This document shows positions 1 through 9,258 of a stretch of DNA of 64,000 nucleotides, piece by piece. The notes under the pieces were generated by a model. It saw nothing but the letters and a program-made list of their open reading frames with translations. It had not been told where the DNA came from and did not search any database. Position numbers and translations under genes: made by a program. How positions within the stretch are numbered: the first letter of the stretch is position 1; every line of letters starts with the position of its first letter. Source of the DNA: Rhodospirillales bacterium (GTDB lineage: Bacteria; Pseudomonadota; Alphaproteobacteria; Rhodospirillales; Defluviicoccaceae); contig JADJXQ010000002.1 in assembly GCA_016710335.1 (NCBI GenBank), positions 385,537 to 449,536 of the forward strand, written 5' to 3'.

Positions 1-1337
1 CGGTTGTGCTGATATGTTGACGCCGCACCCTCGCCTGCGAAAAATTCCCCGGTCAGCGCCCGGACGATGCGCCACTGATCGCGGCTGGTGTCCTGGGCCT
101 CGTCGATCAGTAGATGATCGATGCCGCCGTCGAGCTTGAACATCACCCAGGACGCGCTGCCCTGGCGCTCCAGCAACCCGGCGGTGCAATGGATGAGGTC
201 GTCGTAGTCGAGGAACGAACGCGCGTCCTTGAGGCGCCGGTATGCCGCCAGCAGCGCGTCGCCGACCACCAGCATCGCGGCGGTGGCCTCGCGGGTGACA
301 GCAGCGCGGCGGCGCATGACGACGGCCAGCAACCGTTCCGCCTCACTCTCCAGGATTTCGCAGGCACCCGGCGTGGCTGCGGCCGCCTTGTCGGTGATCA
401 GGCATTTGCGCACCCGGGTCGGGAGCGTCGACGTCAGATAGGCGTCCACATAGCCGCTGAACTGCGCCGCGCGCTCGGCGGGCGCGAACGCCAACCAACC
501 TGCGATAGCGGCGCCGCGCTTGCGATCGGTGGCACTGCCGGAGCCTGCAAGCCCGGAGGCCGCGATGCGCAGCCCGAGGGCGTCGAAGGCGCGGTCCTCG
601 CAGGCGTCCGCCACCACCGCCGCCGGTGTCTCGCCGGGCCGGAGGCCGAGGTGCTTGGCGAGCGCTGAGGCCGCCCCGGCGACCGAGCCGTAGGCGTCGA
701 GCACGTGGCCGAGGCGGGTGCGCTCGGCGGCCAGAGCAGCGATGAGTTCCCTGAACTCCAACTCCTGCACATGGCCGGTGATGACGGCGAAGGCTTCGGC
801 GAGATCGGCGCGATGGGCGGCGGTGGCCAGCACTTCCTCCATGGCAGCCGCCATCAATTCCTTCTGGTCGCGTTCGTCGAGCACCGTGAAGTGGGGGGAG
901 ATCCCGGCTTCCACCGGAAACCGCGCCAGCACCGACTGGCAGAACGCGTGGATGGTCTGGATGTTCATGCCGCCCGGCGCATCCAGGATGCGGGCGAACA
1001 GTTGCCGTGCCACGGTGCGCTGACGGTCGTCCGGCGTGCGGCCGAGAACGTCGCGCAGCCGGGTTTCCAGCTCGGAGGAGGATACCGTCGCCCAGGCGCC
1101 GAGAACCTCGGCAAGGCGGATGCTCATCTCCGCAGCTGCGGCCTTGGTGAAGGTGATGCAGAGGATGCGGTGCGGCGGCGTACCGGCCAGCATCAGGTTC
1201 AGCACCCGGTCGGTCAGGATCTTGGTCTTGCCGGTGCCGGCCGAGGCGGCCACCCACACCGACGCTGTCGGGTCGGCGGCGCCCCGTTGCCGGCTGCCGG
1301 CGTCCTCTGGGTGCCGGCTTTGGGCAAGCGTGCTCAT
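1..1337 (-). CDS. addA: AddA, double-strand break repair helicase/nuclease (UvrD-like), N-terminal part; gene continues past the window start
   Basis: Own translation from the ATG at 1337-1335: MSTLAQSRHPEDAGSRQRGAADPTASVWVAASAGTGKTKILTDRVL..., with a Walker A motif (AGTGKT). It lies immediately downstream of addB, the usual alphaproteobacterial addB-addA order. It is not in the ORF track because it runs off the window edge. Confidence 0.85.
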   Translation of the reverse strand, partial: MSTLAQSRHPEDAGSRQRGAADPTASVWVAASAGTGKTKILTDRVLNLMLAGTPPHRILCITFTKAAAAEMSIRLAEVLGAWATVSSSELETRLRDVLGRTPDDRQRTVARQLFARILDAPGGMNIQTIHAFCQSVLARFPVEAGISPHFTVLDERDQKELMAAAMEEVLATAAHRADLAEAFAVITGHVQELEFRELIAALAAERTRLGHVLDAYGSVAGAASALAKHLGLRPGETPAAVVADACEDRAFDALGLRIAASGLAGSGSATDRKRGAAIAGWLAFAPAERAAQFSGYVDAYLTSTLPTRVRKCLITDKAAAATPGACEILESEAERLLAVVMRRRAAVTREATAAMLVVGDALLAAYRRLKDARSFLDYDDLIHCTAGLLERQGSASWVMFKLDGGIDHLLIDEAQDTSRDQWRIVRALTGEFFAGEGAASTYQHN

Positions 1338-1343
1338 GCCCCC

Positions 1344-4337
1344 TCAGTCCCCTTCCTCGCGACCGCCCGCCGACCATTCCTTGACCCTCGCCAGGTGCTC
1401 GTAGTCGGAGAAGCGCGGCGCCGCCGACGGCCGCGGCCGAGCCGGGTAGGGCGTGTCGGCAACATCGAAGCGGGCGACCAGGTTGACCAACCCCGCGAGG
1501 GCTTGCTCGGCGAGCATGTCCGCGTTCTTGACCGGCTTGATCGTGCCGCCTTCCGCGCCACCGCGTAGACGCCAATACTCGATGCCCGTGTCGGTCCCCG
1601 CCGGAACCCCGGGAAAGCCGCCGGCGCGGGCGATGGCGGCTTCCAGCGGCAGTTGCGGCGAGAAACCAGCAGCGATGTCCTTGCCGCTCGGCAGTTGCCC
1701 GGTCTTGTAGTCGACGATGACGATCTGGCCATCGAGAATATCGACGCGGTCGGCCTTGGCGACGAGCGCGAACGGGCCTTCCGGTGCATCCACAACAAGT
1801 GAGCCCGACACCTCGGTCAGCGTCGAGCGGATGAACGCGCGGCGTTCCCGTTCCACTTCCAGGAACCAGCGCGCCGTCTGCCGAAAGCGCGGCCACCAGA
1901 ACGCCCGCACCGCGGCGTGCGGCGGCATGCTGCGCCACGCCTCCTCTCCGATCGCGGTCAGCCGCGCCTCGGCGTCCTCAGGCAGCGCCCCTGGCGTCGC
2001 CTCGATGAACCGCTGCAGCACCAGATGCATGAATGTGCCGAGATCGGCTGCGGTGGGATCCATGTCGATCGGCTGCAGCGCCTTCAGCGTCAGGATATGG
2101 CGCGCGTAGATGGCGTAGGGGTCGCGCATCCACGACTCGATCTGAGTGACGGACAGGCGCCGCGGCCGCGCCGAGACCGGCGGCGTCGGCGCCGGCGGCG
2201 CGATGGAGATCCAGGCGTCGCGGGTGTCCAGTCGCGCCTGCCAGTCGAGCCACGGCCCGCCGGCCGACAGCCGCCGTCCCGCATCGCCGTCGCCGACGAT
2301 GTTCCGCAGGCGCGAGAGCCAACGACACTCCACGGTCGGCGCGCCCTCGATGCGGCGCGCCCGGGTGAGCCAGACCTCGGGCGCCGAGAACGCCTGTGTG
2401 AAGTCGTGCGCGGACAATCCGATGCGCCGCTCCGGCAGCGGCAGGCCGAACGCCTGCATCATCGGCCGGCTCATCCACGGGCTGGCGGCAGCGCGGGGTG
2501 GCCACGTCTCCTCGTTGAGGCCGCCGAGGATCATCACATCGGCCCGCTGCAGGCGCGCTTCCAGCGGGCCCCAGATGGACAGGCGCGGATGGCGGCCATA
2601 GCGCGGCCGCACCACCCGCCCGGCCATGAGGGAATCGAGCAGGGCGGGATAGTGCCGCGGCGCCAGCGGTTCGAAATCGTCCGCTGCGTCCGTGAGGTCG
2701 GCGACGAAGTCCGCCGAAGCCTCCCCGGCGTCGCCGGCCCACAATCGGTCGCGGCCCGGTTGCTGGTCGCTGGCGGCAACCGCCTCGGCGGCCGCCACAT
2801 GAGCCTGCACGAGGTCCGCAAGGCTCGCTACCGGCCGTTCGACCATTTCAAGCAAGGGGTCGAGGACCGCGCCGAGGCGATCCACAAGCTGCACCAGATC
2901 GGCGCCGTGGTCGGCGACGGAGCGGCTGAGGCCGGTGATCCCCGCTTCCGGCCGCGGCCCGCGCAGGACGCGCTCTTCCAGGCGGCGGACGAGGGCGCGG
3001 AACGCCTGCGGCGGCAGGCTGCACGCAGCGAGCGGATGCTTGAGCGCCGCCAGCAGCGGCACCGGCGCCAGCGCCTCCCCGGCCATCCGCGCGATCAGGC
3101 GGAGATACGCGCCCTGCGGCGTCTCCGCCAGCGGCCGCCCGGCCGAGTCGTCGACTGCGATGCCCCATCGTTCCAGTTCCGCGGCGACCCGCCGCGCCAG
3201 CGCCCGGTCGGGGGTCACCAGCGCCGCCCGCCGCTCCTCATCCTCCAGCACGCTCCGCATCAACAACGCGATCGCGCGCGCCTCCTCGTCCGGTCCCGGC
3301 GCGTCGAGGATGGAGACGCCGGCGACGGCGGCGTCGGCGATGGGCGGATCTCGGCGCCAGCCGTCGACCGTCGCCGCCGGCCTGAGGGCGCGGTTGATGA
3401 GGGACGCCCGCTCCGGCGCGGTCGCCGCTATTCCCGGCGCCGGCCACGGGACGACCTGGCGGCGGTCCACGTCGAGGCGGGCGAGGAGCCGGGCCATGCC
3501 GTACTGGGGGTGGGTCGGCTCCTCCGTCAGGGCGGCCCACGTCTCGTCGTCCGCATCCTGGTCCAGACCCGGAAGAACCACGGCGCCGTGCGGCAGTCGG
3601 CTGATCACCCCGATCAGATGCGCCGACGCGGGGATCGTGCCGGTGGAGCCGGCGGCGATCACCGGCGTCGACGGCGGGTCCGCGGTCCAGGCTTCGGCCT
3701 GCGCGTAGAGGAGCCGGTTGCGGCGCTCGGCGGCGTCGAGCCCACCTTCGGCGTCCAGCATCATCGGCCACGCGTCGGTCACGATGGAGAGAAAGTCGAG
3801 GGTCATCTGCCAATGCTCGGCCAGAGCATCCGGCGCCAGATCACGCAAACCGGCGAAGTCCAAGCCTTCGATGCGCACGGCGTCGAGAAACCGGGCGAGC
3901 TCGGCGGCGAGCCGCGCCGCCTGGTCCGGCGATCTTCTGCCGCCCGGGATCGCGAGGATCAGCCGGGTAAGCAGCAGCAGCCGACGCAGATCCGGCACCG
4001 CCGGCGAAATCGCCATGTCCAGCGTACCGGCCTCGCCTCCCGCGTTCTCCCCTGCCCCGCTAAACGCCAGTTCATCCTCGTCGACATCGCCGATCGGCGA
4101 AATGCGCGGCAGCAGCAACGGCCGCCCGCCGCCATGGCGAAGAAACGCCTCGGCGAGCGCGCGGCAAGCGCGGCGGTTGGGCAACAGGACCCGGACCCGG
4201 GTAAGCGCCGCCGCATCGTCGCCGACCCGGTGGCGGAGCCCCGCTGCCAAGGCATCGACAAACGGCATGCCGGCCGGGATGGTGAAGACGTTGGCGCCGC
4301 CGGTCATCCGCGCGCCGGGCATCCGCGCGCCGGTCAT
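1344..4337 (-). CDS. addB: AddB, double-strand break repair protein (alphaproteobacterial type)
   Basis: 997-aa ORF with N-terminus ...ANVFTIPAGMPFVDALAAGL... and a PD-(D/E)xK-like C-terminus, placed directly upstream of addA. The start is ambiguous: three in-frame ATGs (4337, 4322, 4307) sit inside a 15-nt tandem repeat. Confidence 0.85.
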   Translation of the reverse strand: MTGARMPGARMTGGANVFTIPAGMPFVDALAAGLRHRVGDDAAALTRVRVLLPNRRACRALAEAFLRHGGGRPLLLPRISPIGDVDEDELAFSGAGENAGGEAGTLDMAISPAVPDLRRLLLLTRLILAIPGGRRSPDQAARLAAELARFLDAVRIEGLDFAGLRDLAPDALAEHWQMTLDFLSIVTDAWPMMLDAEGGLDAAERRNRLLYAQAEAWTADPPSTPVIAAGSTGTIPASAHLIGVISRLPHGAVVLPGLDQDADDETWAALTEEPTHPQYGMARLLARLDVDRRQVVPWPAPGIAATAPERASLINRALRPAATVDGWRRDPPIADAAVAGVSILDAPGPDEEARAIALLMRSVLEDEERRAALVTPDRALARRVAAELERWGIAVDDSAGRPLAETPQGAYLRLIARMAGEALAPVPLLAALKHPLAACSLPPQAFRALVRRLEERVLRGPRPEAGITGLSRSVADHGADLVQLVDRLGAVLDPLLEMVERPVASLADLVQAHVAAAEAVAASDQQPGRDRLWAGDAGEASADFVADLTDAADDFEPLAPRHYPALLDSLMAGRVVRPRYGRHPRLSIWGPLEARLQRADVMILGGLNEETWPPRAAASPWMSRPMMQAFGLPLPERRIGLSAHDFTQAFSAPEVWLTRARRIEGAPTVECRWLSRLRNIVGDGDAGRRLSAGGPWLDWQARLDTRDAWISIAPPAPTPPVSARPRRLSVTQIESWMRDPYAIYARHILTLKALQPIDMDPTAADLGTFMHLVLQRFIEATPGALPEDAEARLTAIGEEAWRSMPPHAAVRAFWWPRFRQTARWFLEVERERRAFIRSTLTEVSGSLVVDAPEGPFALVAKADRVDILDGQIVIVDYKTGQLPSGKDIAAGFSPQLPLEAAIARAGGFPGVPAGTDTGIEYWRLRGGAEGGTIKPVKNADMLAEQALAGLVNLVARFDVADTPYPARPRPSAAPRFSDYEHLARVKEWSAGGREEGD

Positions 4338-4355
4338 CTGCGCCCGGTCATCTGC
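4300..4355. repeat. About 4 tandem copies of a 15-nt unit (ggtcatccgcgcgcc and variants) spanning the murU stop and addB start
   Basis: Read directly: ggtcatccgcgcgcc / gggcatccgcgcgcc / ggtcatctgcgccc / ggtcatctgcgg. On the minus strand it encodes MTGAR-MPGAR-MTGG. Confidence 0.8.
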
Positions 4356-5118
4356 GGTTCACGCCGCAATCGACCGAGGCCAGGTACTGTTCCACGACAT
4401 CCAGGTCGCGCGGCCGCCCGACGTGGAACCACGTGCCGTCATGAAGGTGGCCGAAGAGCCGCCCGCCCTCGATCGCGCGGTCGTAGAGGACATTGAGAGA
4501 ATAGGCGCCGTCCCCGGCGTCGTCGAACAGGCGCGGATGCAGAATCTGAACGCCGGCGAACAGCAGCGGGGCGATCCGGCGTTCCGGCCGGCGCGTCAGC
4601 CGCCCAACGGGGTCCATGACGAAATCGCCGTCGCCTTCGTAGCCGTAGGCCTCATTGGTCGGATGGAGCAGCAGCAGCGCGTCCATCTGGCTGTCGTCCC
4701 AGGCCGCCATCATCGCCGTCAACGCCGGATAGGGGCCATCGAACCACAGGACATCGCCGTTGACCACGAAGAATGGCCTTTTTCCCAGCAGTGGCAGCGC
4801 TTTGGCTACGCCGCCACCCGTCTCCAGCCGTTCTTCTTCGACAGAGACGCGGATCTTGGGCGTCTTTCGCTTCTTGAGATGCTTGACCACCTTGTCGGCC
4901 ATGTAGTGGGCGTTGACGACCACCTTGCCAACCCCCGCCGCCTCCAGCCGGTCGATGACACGGTCGAGCAGGGAGCGGCCGGCGACCGCAATCAGCGGCT
5001 TCGGCGTCTTGTCGGTGATCGGCCGCATGCGGAGACCCAGCCCCGCTGCAAGCACCATGCCGCGGCGGATCGGGCCGGCCTGTATCGCCTTGGTCCCGGT
5101 CTGAACCGCCCTAGTCAT
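4348..5118 (-). CDS. murU: Nucleotidyltransferase family protein, MurU-like N-acetylmuramate-1-phosphate uridylyltransferase
   Basis: Motif VLAAGLGLRMRPITDKTPKPLI (G-x-G-x-R sugar-nucleotidyltransferase signature). Conserved tsaE-amgK-murU-addB neighbourhood. Start could also be 5136. Confidence 0.7.
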   Translation of the reverse strand: MTRAVQTGTKAIQAGPIRRGMVLAAGLGLRMRPITDKTPKPLIAVAGRSLLDRVIDRLEAAGVGKVVVNAHYMADKVVKHLKKRKTPKIRVSVEEERLETGGGVAKALPLLGKRPFFVVNGDVLWFDGPYPALTAMMAAWDDSQMDALLLLHPTNEAYGYEGDGDFVMDPVGRLTRRPERRIAPLLFAGVQILHPRLFDDAGDGAYSLNVLYDRAIEGGRLFGHLHDGTWFHVGRPRDLDVVEQYLASVDCGVNRR

Positions 5119-6122
5119 GGTGCGGCGATCCGGCATGGCGGGATGGTGCGCCGGTCCTGCGGCACATGGCGTTCGAACCAGGCGGCGACGCCCGCCAGGA
5201 CGGGATGGGCGAGCGCCGTTTCCAACAGCCGCCAGACCCGTGGGATGTGGTGCAGGTAGCCGGGCTTGCCGTCCCGCACGCAGAGCCGCGTGAAGATGCC
5301 GATGACCTTGGCGTGCCGCTGCGCCGCCAGAACCGCGAACACTTCGTCGAAGCCGGTCCAGTCTCGGCCCGGAAGAGCGTCGCGGTAGCGGCCTCGCAAT
5401 CGAGCCTTCAGGTCGGCGGGGATGTCGCGGCGGGCGTCCTCCACGAGCGACATCAGGTCATAGGCTGCCGGCCCGGCGACCGCGTCCTGAAAATCGAGGA
5501 GGCCGCAGGCCGGCAGTCCCTCGCGGCCGGCAACCCGCATCAGATTGTCGACGTGGAAATCCCGCAGCACCAGGATGCGTGGCTGGTCCCGGACCACCGG
5601 CAAGGTCTCGCACCAGGCGCCCAGGAAAGCGTCTCTGGCGGGCGCGGTCACGGGACGATCCAGTACCGCCGGCAGGTACCAGTCGGTGAAAAGCGACGCC
5701 TCGTCGAGCAGGCGCTGGTCATCGTAGGCTGGGACACCCGCCGGCACCGGTAACTGGTGAAGGTGAACGAGAACGTCGACGGCGAGGGCGTAGAGGGGCT
5801 CCGCCGGCTCGCCTCTTTGCAGAAGCCGGGTGAAGGTGTCGTCGCCCAGGTCCTCCAGCAACAACAGGCCGCCATCGGTATCTTCGGCGAGGACGGCCGG
5901 CGCCCCGAGCCCGTGCCGCCGCAGGTGGTCGGCGACGCGGATGAACGGCCTCACGTCTTCCTTCGGCGGCGGCGCATCCATCAGCACGGCCGTTTGGCCA
6001 TCGCGCGCGAGGCGCCTGTAGCTGCGAAACGAGGCGTCGGCGGCGAGCCGCCGCGACTCCGCCCCGCCCCACCCGTTGGCGTCCAGGAAGGCAGTGATGC
6101 GGGCGTGTCGGTCAGCCGACAT
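5115..6122 (-). CDS. amgK: Aminoglycoside-phosphotransferase-fold kinase, AmgK-like (anomeric MurNAc/GlcNAc kinase)
   Basis: APH-family features (...LVLRDFHVDNLM..., ...LLDFQDA...). Lies between tsaE and murU. Alternative start at 6137. Confidence 0.65.
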   Translation of the reverse strand: MSADRHARITAFLDANGWGGAESRRLAADASFRSYRRLARDGQTAVLMDAPPPKEDVRPFIRVADHLRRHGLGAPAVLAEDTDGGLLLLEDLGDDTFTRLLQRGEPAEPLYALAVDVLVHLHQLPVPAGVPAYDDQRLLDEASLFTDWYLPAVLDRPVTAPARDAFLGAWCETLPVVRDQPRILVLRDFHVDNLMRVAGREGLPACGLLDFQDAVAGPAAYDLMSLVEDARRDIPADLKARLRGRYRDALPGRDWTGFDEVFAVLAAQRHAKVIGIFTRLCVRDGKPGYLHHIPRVWRLLETALAHPVLAGVAAWFERHVPQDRRTIPPCRIAAP

Positions 6123-6657
6123 CTTCGCCCAGAGCAACCAGCCGCTTCGCCCAGTTTTCGCTGCCGCGCAGGGTTAGGATCCGGTGGCCGGGCGCATCGG
6201 CGTACCGCAGGTTCGCGTCGAGCCGCGCCGCCGGCAGCAGATCGCCGAGGCGGTCCGGCCATTCGATCAGCGAGATTCCATCGGCGAAGGCGTCTTCAAT
6301 GCCGAGTTCGAATGCCTCCTCCGGTCCGTTCAGGCGATAGAGATCGAAGTGGTAAACGGTCGTCATGAACGGCGGCGCCGGCTCGTAGAGTTGCACGAGG
6401 GTGAAGGTCGGGCTCGGAATCTCGTCGACATGTCCGCAGCGGGCGCGGATGAAGGCGCGGGCCAGCACGGTCTTGCCGACGCCGAGGTCGCCCGACAGCG
6501 CCAGCACGTCGCCCGGTCGCGCGATCAGCGCCAAGCTCCGGCCGATCGCCGCCGTCGCCGCCTCGCCGGGGAGGTGCTTGCGGAAATCCATGTGGGTCAG
6601 CTTGTCTGCCAGCATACAGCGCCAAGCCTGTTGCGCATCGTCTTTCATCCGCCGCAT
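6112..6657 (-). CDS. tsaE: tRNA t6A37 biosynthesis ATPase TsaE
   Basis: P-loop LSGDLGVGKT and ...SPTFTLVQLY...HFDLYRL... Real start is probably an internal Met near 6615. Confidence 0.8.
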   Translation of the reverse strand: MRRMKDDAQQAWRCMLADKLTHMDFRKHLPGEAATAAIGRSLALIARPGDVLALSGDLGVGKTVLARAFIRARCGHVDEIPSPTFTLVQLYEPAPPFMTTVYHFDLYRLNGPEEAFELGIEDAFADGISLIEWPDRLGDLLPAARLDANLRYADAPGHRILTLRGSENWAKRLVALGEDVG

Positions 6658-6747
6658 CCGCCGCCCGATGCTTGCTCGCAGCGCCGGCGGGCGTCATGTT
6701 GCAGAGCATCATATCCGGGCGCCATGCTGTTTCCAAAGGGGGTTTCT

Positions 6748-7794
6748 ATGACCATCGCCAGTCATGAATGCGATGTCGCCATCATCGGCGCCGGACCGGT
6801 CGGCCTGTTCGCGGTGTTCGAGTGCGGCATGCTGGGGCTCGGCTGCCAAGTGATCGACGCCCTCGACGCGGCCGGCGGCCAGTGCGCCGCACTCTATCCG
6901 GAAAAGCCGATCTACGACATCCCGGGATACCCGCGCATCCTCGCCAGCGACCTCGTGGATCGCTTGCGCGAGCAGGCGGCGCCGTTCAAGCCGGTGCTGC
7001 ACCTGGGGCAGCAGGTGGTCGCGCTCCGCGCCATCGCGGACCGGCGCTGGCACTTGGAGACGTCGGCGGGAACCCCCATCGACTGCCGGGCGGTCGTCAT
7101 CGCCGCCGGCGTCGGCGCCTTCGGCCCCAACCGGCCGCCGCTCGCCGGGATCGAAGCGTATGAGAGCAGACCCGCCGGCTTCGGCGTGCAGTATCTGGTC
7201 GGGCGCCGCGAGGATTATCGTGGCCGCCGCGTGGTGATCGCCGGCGGGGGCGATTCGGCGGTCGATTGGGCGCTGGCGTTGGCCGACGTGGCGGCGAGCG
7301 TCGCCGTGGTCCATCGCCGCGCCAAGTTCCGTGCGGCTCCGGAAAGCGTGCGGGCGTTGAAGGCGTTGGAAGCGGCAGGCCGCATCGAACTGGTGGTCCC
7401 CTACCAGTTGAACGCCCTTGACGGCGACGGCGGCGAATTACGAGGTGTCATCGTCGCGGACCTCGCCGGAAACACGCGCCGTTTGGAGGCTGACGTGCTG
7501 CTGCCGTTCTTCGGGTTGTCGCAGAATCTGGGGCCGATCGCCGAATGGGGGCTGAACCTTGACCACCATCGCATCGCCGTCGACCCCGCCACCTGCGCGA
7601 CCAACCTCGAGGGTGTGTTTGCGATCGGCGACATCGCCGCCTACCCAGGCAAACTGAAGCTGATCCTCACCGGATTCGCGGAGGCGGCCATTGCGGCGCA
7701 CGCGATTCATCCCCTGGTCCATCCCGGCGAGGCGCTGCACTTCGAGTACTCGACGACGAAAGGCGTGCCAGGGGGCGCATTCGCGGCGCCGTGA
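6748..7794 (+). CDS. fnr: Ferredoxin-NADP+ reductase, thioredoxin-reductase-like type
   Basis: MTIASHECDVAIIGAGPVGLFAVFECGML... with two Rossmann GxGxxG/A motifs (IIGAGPVG, IAGGGDSAVDWA). The upstream part of the 536-aa ORF is antisense to tsaE. Confidence 0.8.
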   Translation: MTIASHECDVAIIGAGPVGLFAVFECGMLGLGCQVIDALDAAGGQCAALYPEKPIYDIPGYPRILASDLVDRLREQAAPFKPVLHLGQQVVALRAIADRRWHLETSAGTPIDCRAVVIAAGVGAFGPNRPPLAGIEAYESRPAGFGVQYLVGRREDYRGRRVVIAGGGDSAVDWALALADVAASVAVVHRRAKFRAAPESVRALKALEAAGRIELVVPYQLNALDGDGGELRGVIVADLAGNTRRLEADVLLPFFGLSQNLGPIAEWGLNLDHHRIAVDPATCATNLEGVFAIGDIAAYPGKLKLILTGFAEAAIAAHAIHPLVHPGEALHFEYSTTKGVPGGAFAAP

Positions 7795-7869
7795 CCTCGG
7801 CTGTGGAGGTCGCTGCCGGCCCGTGCTAGAGAAGCGCCTCCACTCGCCAGAAGATCAAGGGGCAAATCC

Positions 7870-8505
7870 ATGACGGAAACGCTGAATGTCACCATCGACG
7901 CGTGGCCGAACGGCACGATGATCCCGGACGAGTTCGCGTTCTGCAACCCGGCCGAAGAGGGCCACGTGGCGATGGGCCGCAACCGCAGCCCGGGCATCCG
8001 CTGGTCGGGAGCGCCAGCCCGCACGAAGTCCTATGCGATCATCTGTCATGACCCGGACGTTCCCTCCAAGCCCGATCATGTCAACAAGGAGGACATGACG
8101 GTGCCGGCCGACCTGCCGCGCGTTGACTTCTATCACTGGGTGCTCGTCGACATCCCGGCGCACACCGCCGAACTCCTGCCGGGCGAGGATTCGCAGCGGG
8201 TGTCCGCCCGCGGCAAGCCTCCCGGCCGCACGGACTATGGGGTGCGCGGCATCAACAGCTACACCGACTGGTTCGCCGGCGACGCCGACATGCAGGGCGA
8301 CTACGGCGGTTACGACGGCCCTTGCCCGCCGTGGAACGACTCCATCAAACATCGCTATTACTTCACCGTGTACGCGCTGGACGTTCCGAGCCTGAACCTG
8401 CCGGACCGGTTCGGCGCGCCGGAGGCACTGGCGGCGATGGAGGGGCACGTTTTAGGCAAGGGCGAGTGGATCGGCCTCTACACCCTCAACCCCGAGCTCC
8501 GCTGA
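7870..8505 (+). CDS. YbhB/YbcL family Raf-kinase-inhibitor-like (PEBP) protein
   Basis: ...SPGIRWSGAPARTKSYAIICHDPDVP...HWVLVDIP...YDGPCPP...HRYYFTVYALD, typical bacterial PEBP motifs. Confidence 0.8.
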   Translation: MTETLNVTIDAWPNGTMIPDEFAFCNPAEEGHVAMGRNRSPGIRWSGAPARTKSYAIICHDPDVPSKPDHVNKEDMTVPADLPRVDFYHWVLVDIPAHTAELLPGEDSQRVSARGKPPGRTDYGVRGINSYTDWFAGDADMQGDYGGYDGPCPPWNDSIKHRYYFTVYALDVPSLNLPDRFGAPEALAAMEGHVLGKGEWIGLYTLNPELR

Positions 8506-8725
8506 CCCTCGTCTCGCGACTCCCAGCCCTGGCGACATTGTCGAATGCGGTTGGCGAGTTGGGCGGGAAAGCGCTAAGCTGGTGGTCTGCCGCTGTTGCT
8601 CCCGACACCGGGTTCATGCAGCGGGGAAGCGTGCGCCTGCCGGGTACGAACCGGGACGGTCGCCCCCTTTCGCCCCGCCGGGCGTGCATCGTGGCATCAG
8701 CCATGGGCAAGAGGGGAGAAACGTC

Positions 8726-8941
8726 ATGGCTACCTACCGCGTCATTCGCCTCATCGGCAGCAGCAACACCTCCTGGGAAGAAGCGGCAAGAAGCGCCGTG
8801 GAACAGGCAGCCGAGCATCTCGAGGATCTCCGGGTCGCGGAGGTTGAAATGCTCGACCTGCGCATGCAGGAGAACAAGGTGATCGAGTACCGGGCGCGGG
8901 TCCACGCGTCGTTCCGTTACCATCCGGAACGGCACGCGTAA
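8726..8941 (+). CDS. Dodecin family flavin-binding protein
   Basis: MATYRVIRLIGSSNTSWEEAARSAVEQAAEHLEDLRVAEVEMLDLRMQENKVIEYRARVHASFRY. About 70 aa with the dodecin pattern, preceded by an SD (aggggag). Confidence 0.75.
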   Translation: MATYRVIRLIGSSNTSWEEAARSAVEQAAEHLEDLRVAEVEMLDLRMQENKVIEYRARVHASFRYHPERHA

Positions 8942-9124
8942 CAAGCGCTGCGGCGGTTTTGGGTCCGCCCACCGGACCTCAACTCCGTGATCCGGAAGGA
9001 TCGGCATGGCGGCGGTTCTTCGAGCCGCCGCCGGCGCCTGTGCAGCACGTGCGACGATCGTCGCGGCGCCTCTGCAAGAAGCCTCCAACCCGCTGTTATC
9101 GCAGTCGATCGTCCGCCGCCGCCC

Positions 9125-9258
9125 CTTGACAGAAGGTGGCGATCGCTCCATTTCTCCAGTGGCTGGGCGCCACTTGAAGGGCCCGGCCGGGAACCGAGGG
9201 GTCGACCGCGTGTGACCTCTCACACTTGGCACATTGCTTACATGGAGGATGTGTAGCC
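9125..9258 (+). promoter_or_regulatory. Candidate sigma70-type promoter plus ROSE-like RNA thermometer in the hsp20 5' leader
   Basis: TTGACA at 9125-9130, 17-nt spacer, weak -10 (catttc). Hairpin 9230-9253: cacatt(G)ctt / loop acatg / gaggatgtg pairs the SD GGAGGA with a UUGCU motif and leaves a bulged G, the hallmark of ROSE elements. ATG is at 9259. Confidence 0.5.

Noticed and set aside
343-1938. 531-aa minus-strand ORF, and the similar long ORFs 1917..4496(+), 16290..17447(-), 18116..19483(-), 27886..29367(+), 40379..41635(-), 48158..49816(-), 53087..54265(-)
   Set aside because: Their compositions are extremely Arg/Pro/Gly/His-rich and they show no motifs. Each lies antisense or out of frame to a well-supported conserved gene. 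They are typical shadow ORFs of high-GC DNA.
8486-9232. 248-aa minus-strand ORF spanning the dodecin gene and the hsp20 leader
   Set aside because: It is antisense to the dodecin CDS, has junk-like composition and crosses an obvious intergenic and regulatory region.
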